From the NCBI GenBank assembly GCA_013115145.1, contig JAAPAO010000253.1:1-46510 (forward strand): a stretch of 46,510 nt of DNA, in the 5' to 3' direction. Within the stretch, counting starts at the first letter, position 1, and every line of letters starts with the position of its first letter. Source of the stretch: Perkinsus chesapeaki ATCC PRA-425. Its lineage: Eukaryota > Protista > Perkinsozoa. The position numbers and the translations under genes were made by a program. This document shows positions 11,749-23,119 of the stretch, in pieces. The notes below the pieces were generated by a model, which worked only from the letters and a program-made list of their open reading frames with translations, had not been told where the DNA came from and searched no databases.

Positions 11749-12959
11749 CTATGCTACCTGTATCACTACATTACCCTGCCGCATCCAAGACACACCGAGT
11801 TCGGGAAGAATTGCTACCAGCTCAGCCACCGTGTCGTCGTGTACCGAGGTACCGCGTAAATCTATCCACTTTAGAGCCTTACCGTGGACCACGACGGCAT
11901 CCAAAACCGCATCAGAGACGCCGAGATTTGCCGCAACGTCGAGCGCGGTCAGTTGCGGGCAGCTCTCTAGCAGGGCCAGGAGGCCCGAGTCAGTCACGTG
12001 GGTGCGTGCCACGTAAATTTCTTGTATGAATTTGGATACCCTGTTTTCTGCAATTGTTACCAGAACTTCGTCGCTGCAGCTGCTAATTCCGCTCAGATTG
12101 ATATAGCGAAGGTTGCAAATGCTCGAAGAGCCCAACCAATCACATAGCGCCCGGCAACACACCTGGTCGAGGCCCCTGAGGCTGATGTGCTCCAACAACT
12201 CGGCCTCTCGCAGAAGACTTATGGCATCCGACGATAAGGAGGAGCAATCGAAAAGGTCCAAGTGAGTGAGCCTACTACTGCACAAGGAGACGATGCGTGC
12301 CAGCTCAGCATCGGACAATAACGTGCAACCATAGAGATTTATTCGGGAGGCTGGGCCACGTATGGCACACCGGTGTAGTATGGCGGAAATGGCTTGCTGG
12401 TGCGTTGTGGCCTTGTAGAAGATACCTGAATAGTCGCTAATGGTGTTCGGAAGGCCGCAGGCTTCGAGTTGTGCGGAAAATGCCACCTCTTTAGTACCCT
12501 CAGTTCCACTCGAGCAACAAAACCGATGCCGGGAAGATGACCCAATTGACACCTGCCGAGCATGACCACAAGGCAGCTGGCAGATACTACCCGAGTGCTG
12601 CTCCAGGTTGAAGCAAGGCTAGAGTCATCGCTACTACCATCGCTCGTGAGAAACGGGCATGGAGCTGTTGAACCTACGAGGTACTTGCTTCAACGGAGCT
12701 CGACTTCCGATCAGTTGAACGCCGAGACGGAGAGTGCACAACAACCCTATAGTGAACAGATAATGTCGGACCAGCGTAGTCTCGAATTTCGAAGTTTCCA
12801 ATTCTACAAGGGGCAAGAAAATACCGTATAGCGCCACCCATATCCAGATTCCGCATTCCGCAGCAAGCGTACGAGCTTGGTGTGCGCGGTAGTACCCAGC
12901 TCTCGTCTTGCCCCTCGAGGTCCGATATCCTCCACTCTTCGTCTCCGCGTGTTCTTCAT
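11749..12959 (-). CDS. Leucine-rich repeat protein (Cys-containing LRR, FBXL/AMN1-like); last exon 12552-11749
   Basis: Repeats of LxxLxLxxCxxLxD type (RINLYGCTLLSD, THLDLFDCSSLSS, RYINLSGISSCSD, TALDVAANLGVSD, KWIDLRGTSVHD). Upstream exons to ATG 12959 are tentative; no F-box seen. Confidence 0.75.
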
Positions 12960-13371
12960 CCGTGATGATAAGTGGGCTTTAGTTAGGGCAATATCCGAGT
13001 AAAACATGGCACATGCTGTGGGCCTCTCAGAATACCGAAAGAGATGCTGGGAGAAATACCTAACAAACAAACGTATGTTGTGAATGGCTTGTATAAAACA
13101 AAAAACGCCGAAAGTGAAGAGGCGACTATGATTTTCAATGGTGGGATATGTGCTCATTGCTAAAGCCGTGCACGGTACATTGTTGCCCGACATTGGGACC
13201 GAGATGGTCCAATAGGTGATACTCAACATACATAGTACCTTAGTATGTACAAAAGTAGTTCAGTGGTTTCTCTTTCACTGACACGTGCCTATCACCGTAC
13301 ACTATTAGGTGACGTAGTAATCGGATAATAAGACCAATACTGAGTATTGGGCTTCGAGAGCACCGAGAATT

Positions 13372-13608
13372 TCAGCAATATAATATTGCCAATATTGTCT
13401 GTTTTCGGTAAGGTGTGTCCTCTCTGATTGTTGCATGTCGAACTAGCTGTTCATCAATTTCGCGAGTCATCCAGAGTTGTACGACCGCGACCACCAACAT
13501 AAGTGTGCTGATGACCAGGATGGCAATGAGCAACCCCGTTGACTTTTCAAACTTGGTGCTCACATCATTGGAGTCTGAGAGTCGTTGCAAAGGCGCAAGC
13601 ATGCTCAT
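13372..13608 (-). CDS. Small single-TM protein or exon
   Basis: Strong hydrophobic stretch GLLIAILVISTLMLVVAVVQLWM in a 78-aa ORF. Confidence 0.3.
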   Translation of the reverse strand: MSMLAPLQRLSDSNDVSTKFEKSTGLLIAILVISTLMLVVAVVQLWMTREIDEQLVRHATIREDTPYRKQTILAILYC

Positions 13609-14920
13609 TAGCCCATGTCATCAGTGACGACTCGTCAGTAGGAGCGTGCCGCGCAACGTGTTTAAATATCAGCATTTCCAGTGGAAATTTGGCCTGCCAT
13701 GTCATGGTCGCCATGTGGCCTGCTGTCATGTCGTGGCTATGTCACGCGGAATGTGGTACTTTCTGGTAGTTGACAAGTATTCTCGTTGCTAAGGAGTGTA
13801 GTCCACATCCAGATCCAGACCACCAAAGTCGAAGCTTTCAATAGCAAAAGGGTTGATATTAGCGATAGTTGCGGCCATGATAATCCTCACGTATGTTTTA
13901 GTTTTCTAAGACCTTTCCCGAAACCTTTCTGGGTTTCGGGTGTGCCGGCATCGGGTTTGCCAGGCGCTATACTTGTTTATGCACGAAGCCTTCGACGGCT
14001 TATTCGATATCGTTTACTACGGAACCGGCTTATACTTCAGAGTAGTGCAATTGGTCATAAGTCAGAGAATCCATAATGCAACCTGCTATGAGCAACTCTT
14101 CACCCCGCGGAGGGGTCGATCACGCCGTTCACTGCAAACTTAGTTTAACAATGATTTTTAGAAAATTCCTCTGGGACATGCAAGTTGAAAGGGATTTCAC
14201 TCGGTAAAGTGAGAACGGTAGGAATTTTCCTGCTGCAAATTCTAGAAAGGCAGCAAAAGTGCTGCAGTTGCCACTAGTAGAGCCCCAACAACCCTACTTT
14301 GACACTTGGCAGAGTATGTTTGCTTGCGTAGTTGACTTGTAAGCTGCTGCTTGATGATCATAGTAATTCCACCGGAAGCGCTCGGTTAAATATGACCTCG
14401 GGACGGCCAAGAACGACAGTATCTATGGCCCGCCAACTGCATTGTCGGCAACAGCCCATCGTCAAATCGCGAATCATAGAGCCGGGCTCGAAGCGACAGC
14501 ATTACCTTATCCTCAATTTCAACCCACCCAGCAATGTATGTTGCCCATAAATCAGCTTTGCTCTCTCGTGCTTCATTATAATTCATGATAAAACAAACTG
14601 AGTAACCCTATAGCTATCCACACTGCGACAGCTAACGGCATTCATCAGCCCGAGACTTAGAGTGGTCGGCCCTGTGACACCCTAGTGTTGGTCTCACTGC
14701 TTTCCATTCAGATAGTTGCTCACAGGCCATAGCAATGAGCCATAATGAGCAACAAAGCTAGAGTTCAATTTTTAATAGTTCCTTCAAGGATCACGCGCAC
14801 CACTTCCTGTCGCGCGCCACGAAATCCAAGTTCGTTTTCACATCTGCCCTCCACCAGCGAGCGAGCAGTGCAAGCGTTGTTGATGTATAGCTTTTCTCCA
14901 TCACCTGATCAGTGCATCGC

Positions 14921-16379
14921 ATGGCCGACGCGGGGCCCTCCCCGCAGCCAAGCACTTCACAACCTACCCCGGGCAGCAGCAGCACCGAACCCGAATGGAA
15001 GAAGTTCGTGCCAGATACTGCGCTGCTGGTATCCGGTAAGGGCTCACTTCGCCCTTGTACTTCGACACTGCCGTCTCAGGTTCATTCGGTGGCCCTTTTG
15101 TTATCTTCACTTTAACCCCTCTCCGTAATGGTTTGACTCTTGCAGCTCAGGATCGAGTACGACTCCCCCAATCAATTCTCGGTTACATCGTCGTCGTAGG
15201 TCTCCACGATGGCCAGTCTCTACCGGCGATGCTTTGCCCACGGATTTCGAAGCGGCTGGGTCGGTGGCCTTTGGCCGAGTGTCCCCGCAATTCCCCAATT
15301 CTGTGTAAGTTGTCTCCTCCTCCTCGCCATCGTCGGCGCATCTTCCCTGATAGGTCCTCGGGCCCATGTATCACCTCTACGCGAGCCTCCTCGGGCAGCA
15401 GGCAGCTCTGGTCTGTACAGGCAAGAATGATACTCCTTTGACCTTCATGAAGTTCGTATCTTTGCAGCCGTTACCGAAACCGCTATCACATACGGTGCTA
15501 ACACTAGGAATGCTGAAGTTGCCTACAACCAGTACGTGCCCCGCAAAGACCGCCTCACTAACCTTACACCAGCGTTCAAGCCCATAGGGCCGGGAGCATT
15601 CGTAAGCTGCTGACCTTCTAGGAGAGGCGTATCTTTCTATGGTGTCAGATGCACGCAGTGAGGAACGCGTTGGGAATGTGCGGAATGCGAGTCTTTGCAG
15701 CGCCGCTGGATGAGCACATGCGACATGTCATCCGAAATCCGCAGGCGTCTCGGATGGTGTCCGATTTCATTGCTTCGTGTATGAGCGGTAAGTCACTTGT
15801 AAATGCTCTATTGATTTATTATACCAGCACTTTATCGATTATTGCATAATTAAAATAGTGCTAATATCGTAAGAGTGGTATACACTACCACTGTATATTA
15901 TCAACCTTGTTATTAAATATTGCATAGTGCACATTCTTTCTTAAGGGAATATGATATGACAAAGTCATCCGATAATCGTATCCTTATGAACGTTGTTTAT
16001 GCGAAAGGTCCCGGGTTCGAATCCCAGCCAGGGCGTTAATTATGACGTTCTTCAGGAGCCTTATCCATGCCATTCAATCAACTCTATAATTTTTTCGTAA
16101 CATCAAAGGAGGCCCGAGAATCCACTCGCCTTCAGCGAGTATCGCTGGCGACCAATTTCCTGCGGGCCCAGTATTTCACCGTCACGGAGAGCGGAGCGTA
16201 AGACTGCCATTTGTCGAGAATCATTTTAACTCCTCAGAATTCGACCGAGCAGAATCATGCTGAGGGACATGGGCATGCGGTGCCTCTACGCTGGAACGCT
16301 CTTCTGCATCTACGCCACCATCGAGCGCACTCTTGTCGAGAACTGGCCGGCCTGGTCTGAAGCTTTGATGAACATTTGA
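14921..16379 (+). CDS. Divergent mitochondrial-carrier (SLC25)-like protein, multi-exon
   Basis: Manual splicing gives ...GGPFVIFTLTPLRN...SLYRRCFAHGFRSGWVGGLWPS...ETAITYGANTRN...HAVRNALGMCGMRVF...SG|ALSMPFNQLYNFF...MLRDMGMRCLYAGTLFCIYATIER...*, a three-repeat helical pattern with degenerate Px[DE]xx[KR] signatures. Introns 15790-16055 and ~16200-16240 are GT-AG. Confidence 0.6.
16001..16035 (+). pseudogene. 3' half of a tRNA (variable loop, T-arm/B-box, acceptor 3' strand), intronic, no 5' half
   Basis: gcgaa-aggtc-ccggg-ttcgaat-cccag-ccagggc-g: canonical GGTTCGAATCC B box; T-stem has one mismatch. Confidence 0.55.
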
Positions 16380-17317
16380 AGCTGTGCCCCCGAAGCTGCC
16401 ATGTGTGACGCTAGTGCAGCTAGTACAAATGTATGCTGACTATACCATTTCTGTGGCCCGGAGGCTCTGGGCCGCCGCCCTCTCCAAGTTTATGATTGCA
16501 TGGTACTGTAATTTCTATCAAAACGGGCTTTCTCAGTCTGATGTGCTGCTGCTGCTGCAACGATCGTATTACACTGGCGAGATATCTTTGCTATCATCAC
16601 ATCGTTTGCCAGCCGACCGTTGAGTCGGCTACCTTACTCTTGCGTTTGATATGAGGGGCTGGAAACGAACACAGTATCGACATGGTCGAATGGCAACGTC
16701 CGCCATCACGCATACACTCCGCGTCGATGGTGCAACTGACACGAACCTACCGAGGTGAGGTAACCCTATACATTCCTATTAAGTCGGACTGTCAGGGTCT
16801 CGCCCAGTTCTAAGCGACACTCGACCGTTGTCAAGATGTAGGACCGCTAATGGTGTTTTGTAAGTGTTCACCCGGGTTTTCGGTTTTTCGGTTTTTCGGG
16901 TTTTCACTCGAGTTGTTTTACTTAAGGTGTAAAAGTGTGAATGGTTTGGGAGAGTATTCATTGCCGTTTAATGGAACTCCTCAAGGGGATTACAGGTCAG
17001 CTGCGGGAATAACGCAAAGTTCATTCCACTGGAATGCTCAAGTGGAGATGAAGTCCCCACTGTGTCATGAATGCTGCCGTTGCTACATCACACTGAAGGA
17101 ATATAGTGTATAATTGAAGTGGAGGACATGGGAGGAAGTCGCCGTGGGATTTTGGACTTTTTATAATCTTTACATTAGCAATATACAGTAATAATTAGTT
17201 ACAGTCGAAATCTAGTTAAAAGCAATAGTGGAGCCGTTGCCACTGTTTGTGTTTTTCATATATACCTCAACTACGAGGCGATTTTTATTTTTAAAGAAAG
17301 TATGCCTCATCGTTAGG

Positions 17318-17706
17318 ATGTCGGTAGAGGATGCCACGGATCGCCGACTTCACAGAGTAGCACGTTACTCAAAGCAAGTCAAAGCAATAGGTCGACTCTG
17401 CGATGATGAACTCAAGAAAACAGGAACACTACTCCGGTCAGTCGCTACACACTCTCCCGTTCATGTTCTGTTATTTCAGACAGCTTAGTGATGTACAAAA
17501 GGAGTTCACAGTTGAAAACTCCCGCATGGAGCGTCGTTTGAAATCTATGCCATTTATCGTCGAAGATGGTAGCTGTCCGAATTCGCTCTTCGGCATCCCC
17601 TTTCACTGTCAGGCAAGCAGGACTTCCTTACGCAGTCGAGGCTTACTGATCTTAATCGGTATTACTACAGGCAGCCAGCTTACGCTATTATGGGCCGCCA
17701 GGCTAG
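17318..17706 (+). CDS. Small spliced hypothetical protein
   Basis: MSVEDATDRRLHRVARYSKQVKAIGRLCDDELKKTGTLLR|QLSDVQKEFTVENSRMERRLK... joined across a short GT-AG intron; the last junction would need a GC donor. Confidence 0.3.
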
Positions 17707-19201
17707 TATTTTTAACATGTATCCTTACAGTGACGCCATAAGGCAACGATATCGATTGTGAGAACACTCTGTTTTGTTGTTACTTTACATAACTAATAAA
17801 CCTGAGAGGCAATGAAACTGAAAGCGGGAGGGAGATTTGGAACTGTACTTGCACTGGTGTTTTGATGTACAGTTCCACTTCGAGTGGGTTCCCCTCTTAT
17901 ATACATATTTGTTGTAGGGTGAAGCTATCACGAAGTGGTAGGTCCACCACGGTAAAATGCACTCGATGCGCGCGAGAGAGACAGCGCGACACAATCCGGT
18001 GGAGCGCGCCATACATCTGGATCGGTCGCTAGCGTCCGGATTGGGTTAGAGTGCGGTTTATGTATGTTTTTTCCCACCCACCGCCCGGGATGTGAGGTAC
18101 CTTGATGGCCAACTTTAGCCTTTAGTCTGTAAGGGGGGATTAGCCGTCAGGGTGTAAACTCCTGCTCTATCCTCGTTCGATCACACGATTGCCGGTCGTC
18201 AACTGGGTGACAGTCGGAACTTCTCTTTGAGAAGGTGTGAGTCGAGGTGGAGACTTTACTGTGGAGTAACCCTTCTTGAGGGCCTCTGCTTTTACTGACA
18301 AGGCAGGTGTACTACTGGCGGCTCTCTATACGCTACTACGGATATGCGGGTCGTGGTGCGTCAATGTGTCTTCGTACCACTCGATCCTTTTCACACTATC
18401 TGACGGCGAATAACATAGACAGCCGTCAGGTCATCCATAGCTAGCGTTCGGGCCGCGGGTTCGCAGTTTTTGGGTTACCACCCCCACCTCGACCTCCTCC
18501 GTCGCCCAGGTATTCGGGCCGCGGGTTGGAGGTGTTTAGCGTTTCGCTTTGCCCCGCGCTTCCCAGTGTACCTTTTCGGTTCGAAGCGAAACGCTTGAGA
18601 GTGAGTTTTAACATCCATGTCTTCCCTATACTGCTGGTGCAGAGTGAGGCGGTGTCGGTCTGACCCAACACTAACCACTGGAACCAGATGACTAACCCAT
18701 GCACACGTTTCACTGTTTTGTTGATTGAGGACAGACCCGGTAAGGCAAAGGTACTGTCGTCATTCATTTGGAAGGCAACTCGTTGCGCGCAGCGCCGAAT
18801 TCCGTGCCACTCAGCGTGCTGTTGGGTTCTCTACCACATGGCGTCACGTGACACGCTTGTGCGAGTAGATTCACACCACGGATCTGTGCACAGTAGTGCC
18901 TGGTCTAATATCACCCATCATCGAGGATGGTCCGTTGTGCTCAGGTTTCACCGTCGGCACGAAGCGTGATACAAAGTCATAGAAAACTCTCTTTTTTGAG
19001 CAACTACTTTTCAAGTAACTAGTTGGATTTTTTAACATGTAGGCAATCTCACACATATATCTCCAACTTCACGTAATACATTCATTTATGAAAGTATACT
19101 ATTGAAACACAACCAGCATTACAACGCTGCTGACTCAAGTATGCAAAACGACCGGAAGTCAGAAAAAACAGAGGCATCAAGCCTCACGCAGTTACTGCGA
19201 T

Positions 19202-20260
19202 TTATTCTATATATTTCTGCTCTCCAGAACTTACGCCAGAGGGCTTCCGCCTTACCCTCAAGAATGCGAAGAAGGCCACGTGTGTGACTAGTAGCACAGC
19301 CATCGACGCCTTGAACCACTTTTCTATCGTGGACATCTGAGGGACCCACACAGCCGACCATTCCTCATACCCACCGCCCGGCAAAGATTGCATACATTTA
19401 AGTTGCTTCATAAAATTATCCAAATCCAAAGAGCTAATAGAGTAGGGATTGGTTGGTATCAAAACCGAATGCTTATCGGACAGAACGGTACGTGCCAGGG
19501 GATAAATCGCTGAAGTAGGAATGCAGCGCTTCGGTATAGCGTCCAGGCAAACCATTTCTGAACCCTCGCTGCCCTTCGAGTGACCCTCGCATCTGCAACG
19601 TTCTGGGTACTTGATCGCACTCGAAAGCATAAAAAAATTACTCCGGCAGCTCGCCCTTGCGGTTTCGTAAACAATCGAGAAACTCGGCAACCCACAGCCG
19701 ATCACACTTCCGGCCGTTAGATTATCCGGCGGTTGGACTCGGAACTCGGCAGCTAGGGTGGAGCCGAGGAGCTCCAAGATGTTGTGCGCGGTCCCAGAAT
19801 TTGCTACAAGGGCTGCCTCGCATTGTTGTCGATCAATGATGCCTTCGCCGGATTCCAACCATGGAACAACTTGCCCCAAGTGCGACATCCAGCTGGACAA
19901 AGTTAAACCAGAAATGAAAGGATGCATGCCAAGCCTAACCAAGGCCTCAGTTACTTTGGCAAGGGACTCCCCAAGGCAGTTTGCGTGTTCCCCGCCGGTG
20001 GAGACACGAAACTGGTCGTGCACTTCTACATCTAACAGCTTGTTGTATCCTACACACTTAGAGGAGTCCAGTGTGACTGGGTTTTCAGGCCACTTCGCCG
20101 CCTCACGAGCGGCAGCGACCACGTCAGTGGGGCAGAAGAGCACCTTGTTGAGATCCCGCGTATAGGAGTAATCCGAGCAAGTCACCGTTAGAATCTCGCC
20201 CACAGCATAGTTAACAATTACGGGTAAACACCAATAGAGTCTAAAGGTCGACGATGTCAT
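19202..20260 (-). CDS. LicD/fukutin-family paralogue with degenerate active-site motifs; signal peptide plus C-terminal TM
   Basis: Colinear with 20394-21458 (CPxD..AA...WP..P; RCxC...CxD..P..C...IxPL...D...VxIPxNP), but GTLLGWYRH...IPWDLDGD is replaced by GLTLSSWMSH...VPWLESGE. Confidence 0.8.
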   Translation of the reverse strand: MTSSTFRLYWCLPVIVNYAVGEILTVTCSDYSYTRDLNKVLFCPTDVVAAAREAAKWPENPVTLDSSKCVGYNKLLDVEVHDQFRVSTGGEHANCLGESLAKVTEALVRLGMHPFISGLTLSSWMSHLGQVVPWLESGEGIIDRQQCEAALVANSGTAHNILELLGSTLAAEFRVQPPDNLTAGSVIGCGLPSFSIVYETARASCRSNFFMLSSAIKYPERCRCEGHSKGSEGSEMVCLDAIPKRCIPTSAIYPLARTVLSDKHSVLIPTNPYSISSLDLDNFMKQLKCMQSLPGGGYEEWSAVWVPQMSTIEKWFKASMAVLLVTHVAFFAFLRVRRKPSGVSSGEQKYIE

Positions 20261-20393
20261 ACGGGAACTGCTGAAGGAGGCTCAGAAGGGATGGAAACTA
20301 AACAGCAGGGAGAGTGGCGAAAATGGTATGGTAGTCTGCATAGCTGAACAAGTCCAATAAGTACTATACAAAGTCAAATCGATTACTATAAGA

Positions 20394-21458
20394 TCACTCC
20401 GCAAGATCACCGTTGTGCCTCGCCGTCCTCTTTCGGCGGCAGACAAGGCAACATAGTAGAGCGGCGACCAATAATGGTAACAATAATAGAGCCACTACGG
20501 GCCATGATACGACTGTGACGGGATCGGCAACAACGACGAACCAGTTCTTCTCAAATATATAGTTCGTCGGGACCATTTCAAGATTTTTAAGCTCCCAGGA
20601 GCGGTCCGGATACCTGGCCTGGAGAGCTTGTATGGGGTTTGATGGAACCTTAACTTGCTTGTCGTCCGCAATTGTGGACGACTGCAATGGAAATATATCA
20701 TTTTCATCAACGCACACAAACGGCGCTGAATCGAGGCACATGCGAGGTTTGGAGATCTTATCGTTACACTGGCATCTGCCAGGATAGGTATCTTCATCAG
20801 AAAATAGCCATATGTCCGTCCAACACCAATGGGAGCTCACAGTAGCTCCAACTCGAAGTTCTTGAGTTTCACAAGCGTCAAATGCCTCGAGGGCATTGTC
20901 AGCCGTTTCATTATTGAAAATGGAGAAGACCTGCCAGCCCGGTGGGACTCTGTCCTGCATGTAGCCAGCAATATTCCGATACTTGCCATCGCTTAGTTCA
21001 GCGAATGCTCGATCGCATTGGCGTCGATCAACGGCGGTGTCACCATCGAGGTCCCACGGTATCATACCTCCATTGTGTCGGTACCAACCAAGAAGTGTCC
21101 CCGCATGGAGGAAGACGTCCATACCGATTTCTTCCATAACCTTGGTAGTTGTCTCGGTGACCTCGGCGATACACTTCAACCGATTTCTCATGAAGTCACC
21201 TTCACCGTGCTCCCAAGAGTCATAGTCGAGCACTTCTTGGTGGTCGAGGCATCTCTCGGCGTTATGCAGCACAAACGGCTGGGACGGCCAAGACGGATGC
21301 GAATGAGCAGCTTCGAGCATGTCAGAGGGGCAAAGGTAAATCTTGTCATAGGCCACCTTGGGAAGGGTCTTGTCGGTGGATACGAACAGAGACTGGTGGC
21401 CATGGTCAGGACGACCGACGACGAGAAGCCCGGATGCAGAGAAGCGAAAATAATACAT
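20394..21458 (-). CDS. LicD-family phosphotransferase (nucleotidyltransferase fold), intronless, C-terminal TM
   Basis: Hallmark FLHAGTLLGWYRHNGGMIPWDLDGD, WTDIWLF and IFPL..VKVPSNP motifs; TM VVALLLLPLLVAALLCCLVC followed by RRKR. Confidence 0.9.
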   Translation of the reverse strand: MYYFRFSASGLLVVGRPDHGHQSLFVSTDKTLPKVAYDKIYLCPSDMLEAAHSHPSWPSQPFVLHNAERCLDHQEVLDYDSWEHGEGDFMRNRLKCIAEVTETTTKVMEEIGMDVFLHAGTLLGWYRHNGGMIPWDLDGDTAVDRRQCDRAFAELSDGKYRNIAGYMQDRVPPGWQVFSIFNNETADNALEAFDACETQELRVGATVSSHWCWTDIWLFSDEDTYPGRCQCNDKISKPRMCLDSAPFVCVDENDIFPLQSSTIADDKQVKVPSNPIQALQARYPDRSWELKNLEMVPTNYIFEKNWFVVVADPVTVVSWPVVALLLLPLLVAALLCCLVCRRKRTARHNGDLAE

Positions 21459-22814
21459 AACTGCAAAGTAGAAAATTATGTTACCTCAGTAGCAGGGCAA
21501 TACCAAGTGGTGGCGAAATGGGAGTGTTTATTATTACTTCACTGGCAGTAGACTTTGTAGGAGACTAAGATGCGAAAGCAGATTGCACAAAAGATATATC
21601 TCACTGGAGCTCAGGTTTTGTACCGAATTCACACGTGACAGAGGTCTATGATCGGAAGGTCTCAATTGGCAACGATTAACCTATGCAGGCGAATGGTAAA
21701 GGTGTACCTATATCCGACAGCCTTCTGTGTCGATGGACTTAACCGAAAGCTAGAATCAAACTCGGAAAAATCCCCTCAGGGGGGAGGAAACGATCTTGAT
21801 GAGAGATATGTTACACTGAAATGCTTGGTATAAGAATGCACTAAAAAACTATTAGCATTAACTACTCTATATACAGAAAAACTAGCGACTTTATACTCAA
21901 GCATAAAGGCGCACTATACTGATCTCAGCATTCGATGGTCCTCGTAAATGGTCATCTTGAAGGGACACGATCGGACACAAAGGGTTAGTAAGTCAAATAC
22001 AGTTGGTAATGATGATAGGAGAGGCGCTAGACAATCCACAAAAGTGACACGTGATAGAACGAGGACGCGTTCATCCGTTGAGGAAATGCAAGTGAGCAAG
22101 ATTTACCTGAGACAATCTATGGCCGCTTCAGAGGCCTTCTTGATAGACCTGAAGGCGGGGCATTTTTAAGGAACATAATACAACTTCACATGGGCATGGA
22201 AACCAACGAAAGGAGTGCGGCGAATGGGATAATGAGATCGACATACGCCCCCCTCCATTCGCGGCATGTTGGCTGAATCTCAATCATCACAACTATATGA
22301 ATTCCGAGCACCTATAACCGTGCATGGCATTAAACATCGCTGAACGAACTCTGAAAGTTGGTCTATTCATAATTTGTAATTATACAAATTAATACACCTT
22401 ATTACTAATCATAATATTATCCTCGGTGGTCCATGAATCGGCAGTGAGAAAGTTGGCATTTGTCAAATCTGTGGCGTACAAGTCCACCTCACGGACCAGT
22501 TGCCAGTTGACCAATCGAGACCTATTTCCCGCGTGAATGGTGGAAGTGTACGCATAGTTATTAAGTCCTCTCGGCGCACCTTATCTAACCAATCAACTGT
22601 GGAATCGATGCCAATCTTTCGGACCCCACCACAGTTTACTGCGAACCTTTTCCTGGCGATTTTTCATTACATATATTTCTGCAGCGAGGCTCGTTTGGAA
22701 TCTTTTACAGAATCGAACAACGAGAACGATAATTCAGCGGTCTTTCTGACCATGTAAACTATCTTCAAATAAGGCGTATCTTGTAGGTCATCAAATTTGT
22801 GTTTTTCTTGAATA

Positions 22815-23119
22815 CACCGCGCAACACATTCTTAGCAACTCGTGCTTTTTCTAGTATTTTACAACAACTAGGGTTAGCCAATCAACGAGTACCTCAGGTA
22901 TACGTTCCCTGTGCATAATAAGTATACCCTCAAAGTTTCAGAGCCAAAATCCTTGCCAATAGCGAGAATAAAAAAATCGTGCAAAATCTGCGCAACAAGT
23001 TCTTAGCAATCACAGCTTGAAAATGCGCGCAAAAATATTTCGTATGGGAATTGCTTTGGTAGCCTTAGTTGTTGTAAAATCGTAAAAAACACAAGTTGCT
23101 AAGAATGTGTTGCGCGGTG
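22815..23119. mobile_element. MITE, 305 bp, TA target-site duplication (Tc1/mariner-type non-autonomous element)
   Basis: TA|caccgcgcaacacattcttagcaact... and ...agttgctaagaatgtgttgcgcggtg|TA: first 26 nt of the TIRs are identical, with imperfect pairing to ~65 nt; an internal partial TIR copy lies near 22989-23008; no ORF. Confidence 0.85.

Noticed and set aside
11561-12029. Plus-strand ORFs of 151 and 92 aa
   Set aside because: Antisense to the well-supported LRR exon.
21018-21551. 177-aa plus-strand ORF (also 19758-20165 and 20495-20797)
   Set aside because: Antisense shadows of the LicD genes with no independent motifs.
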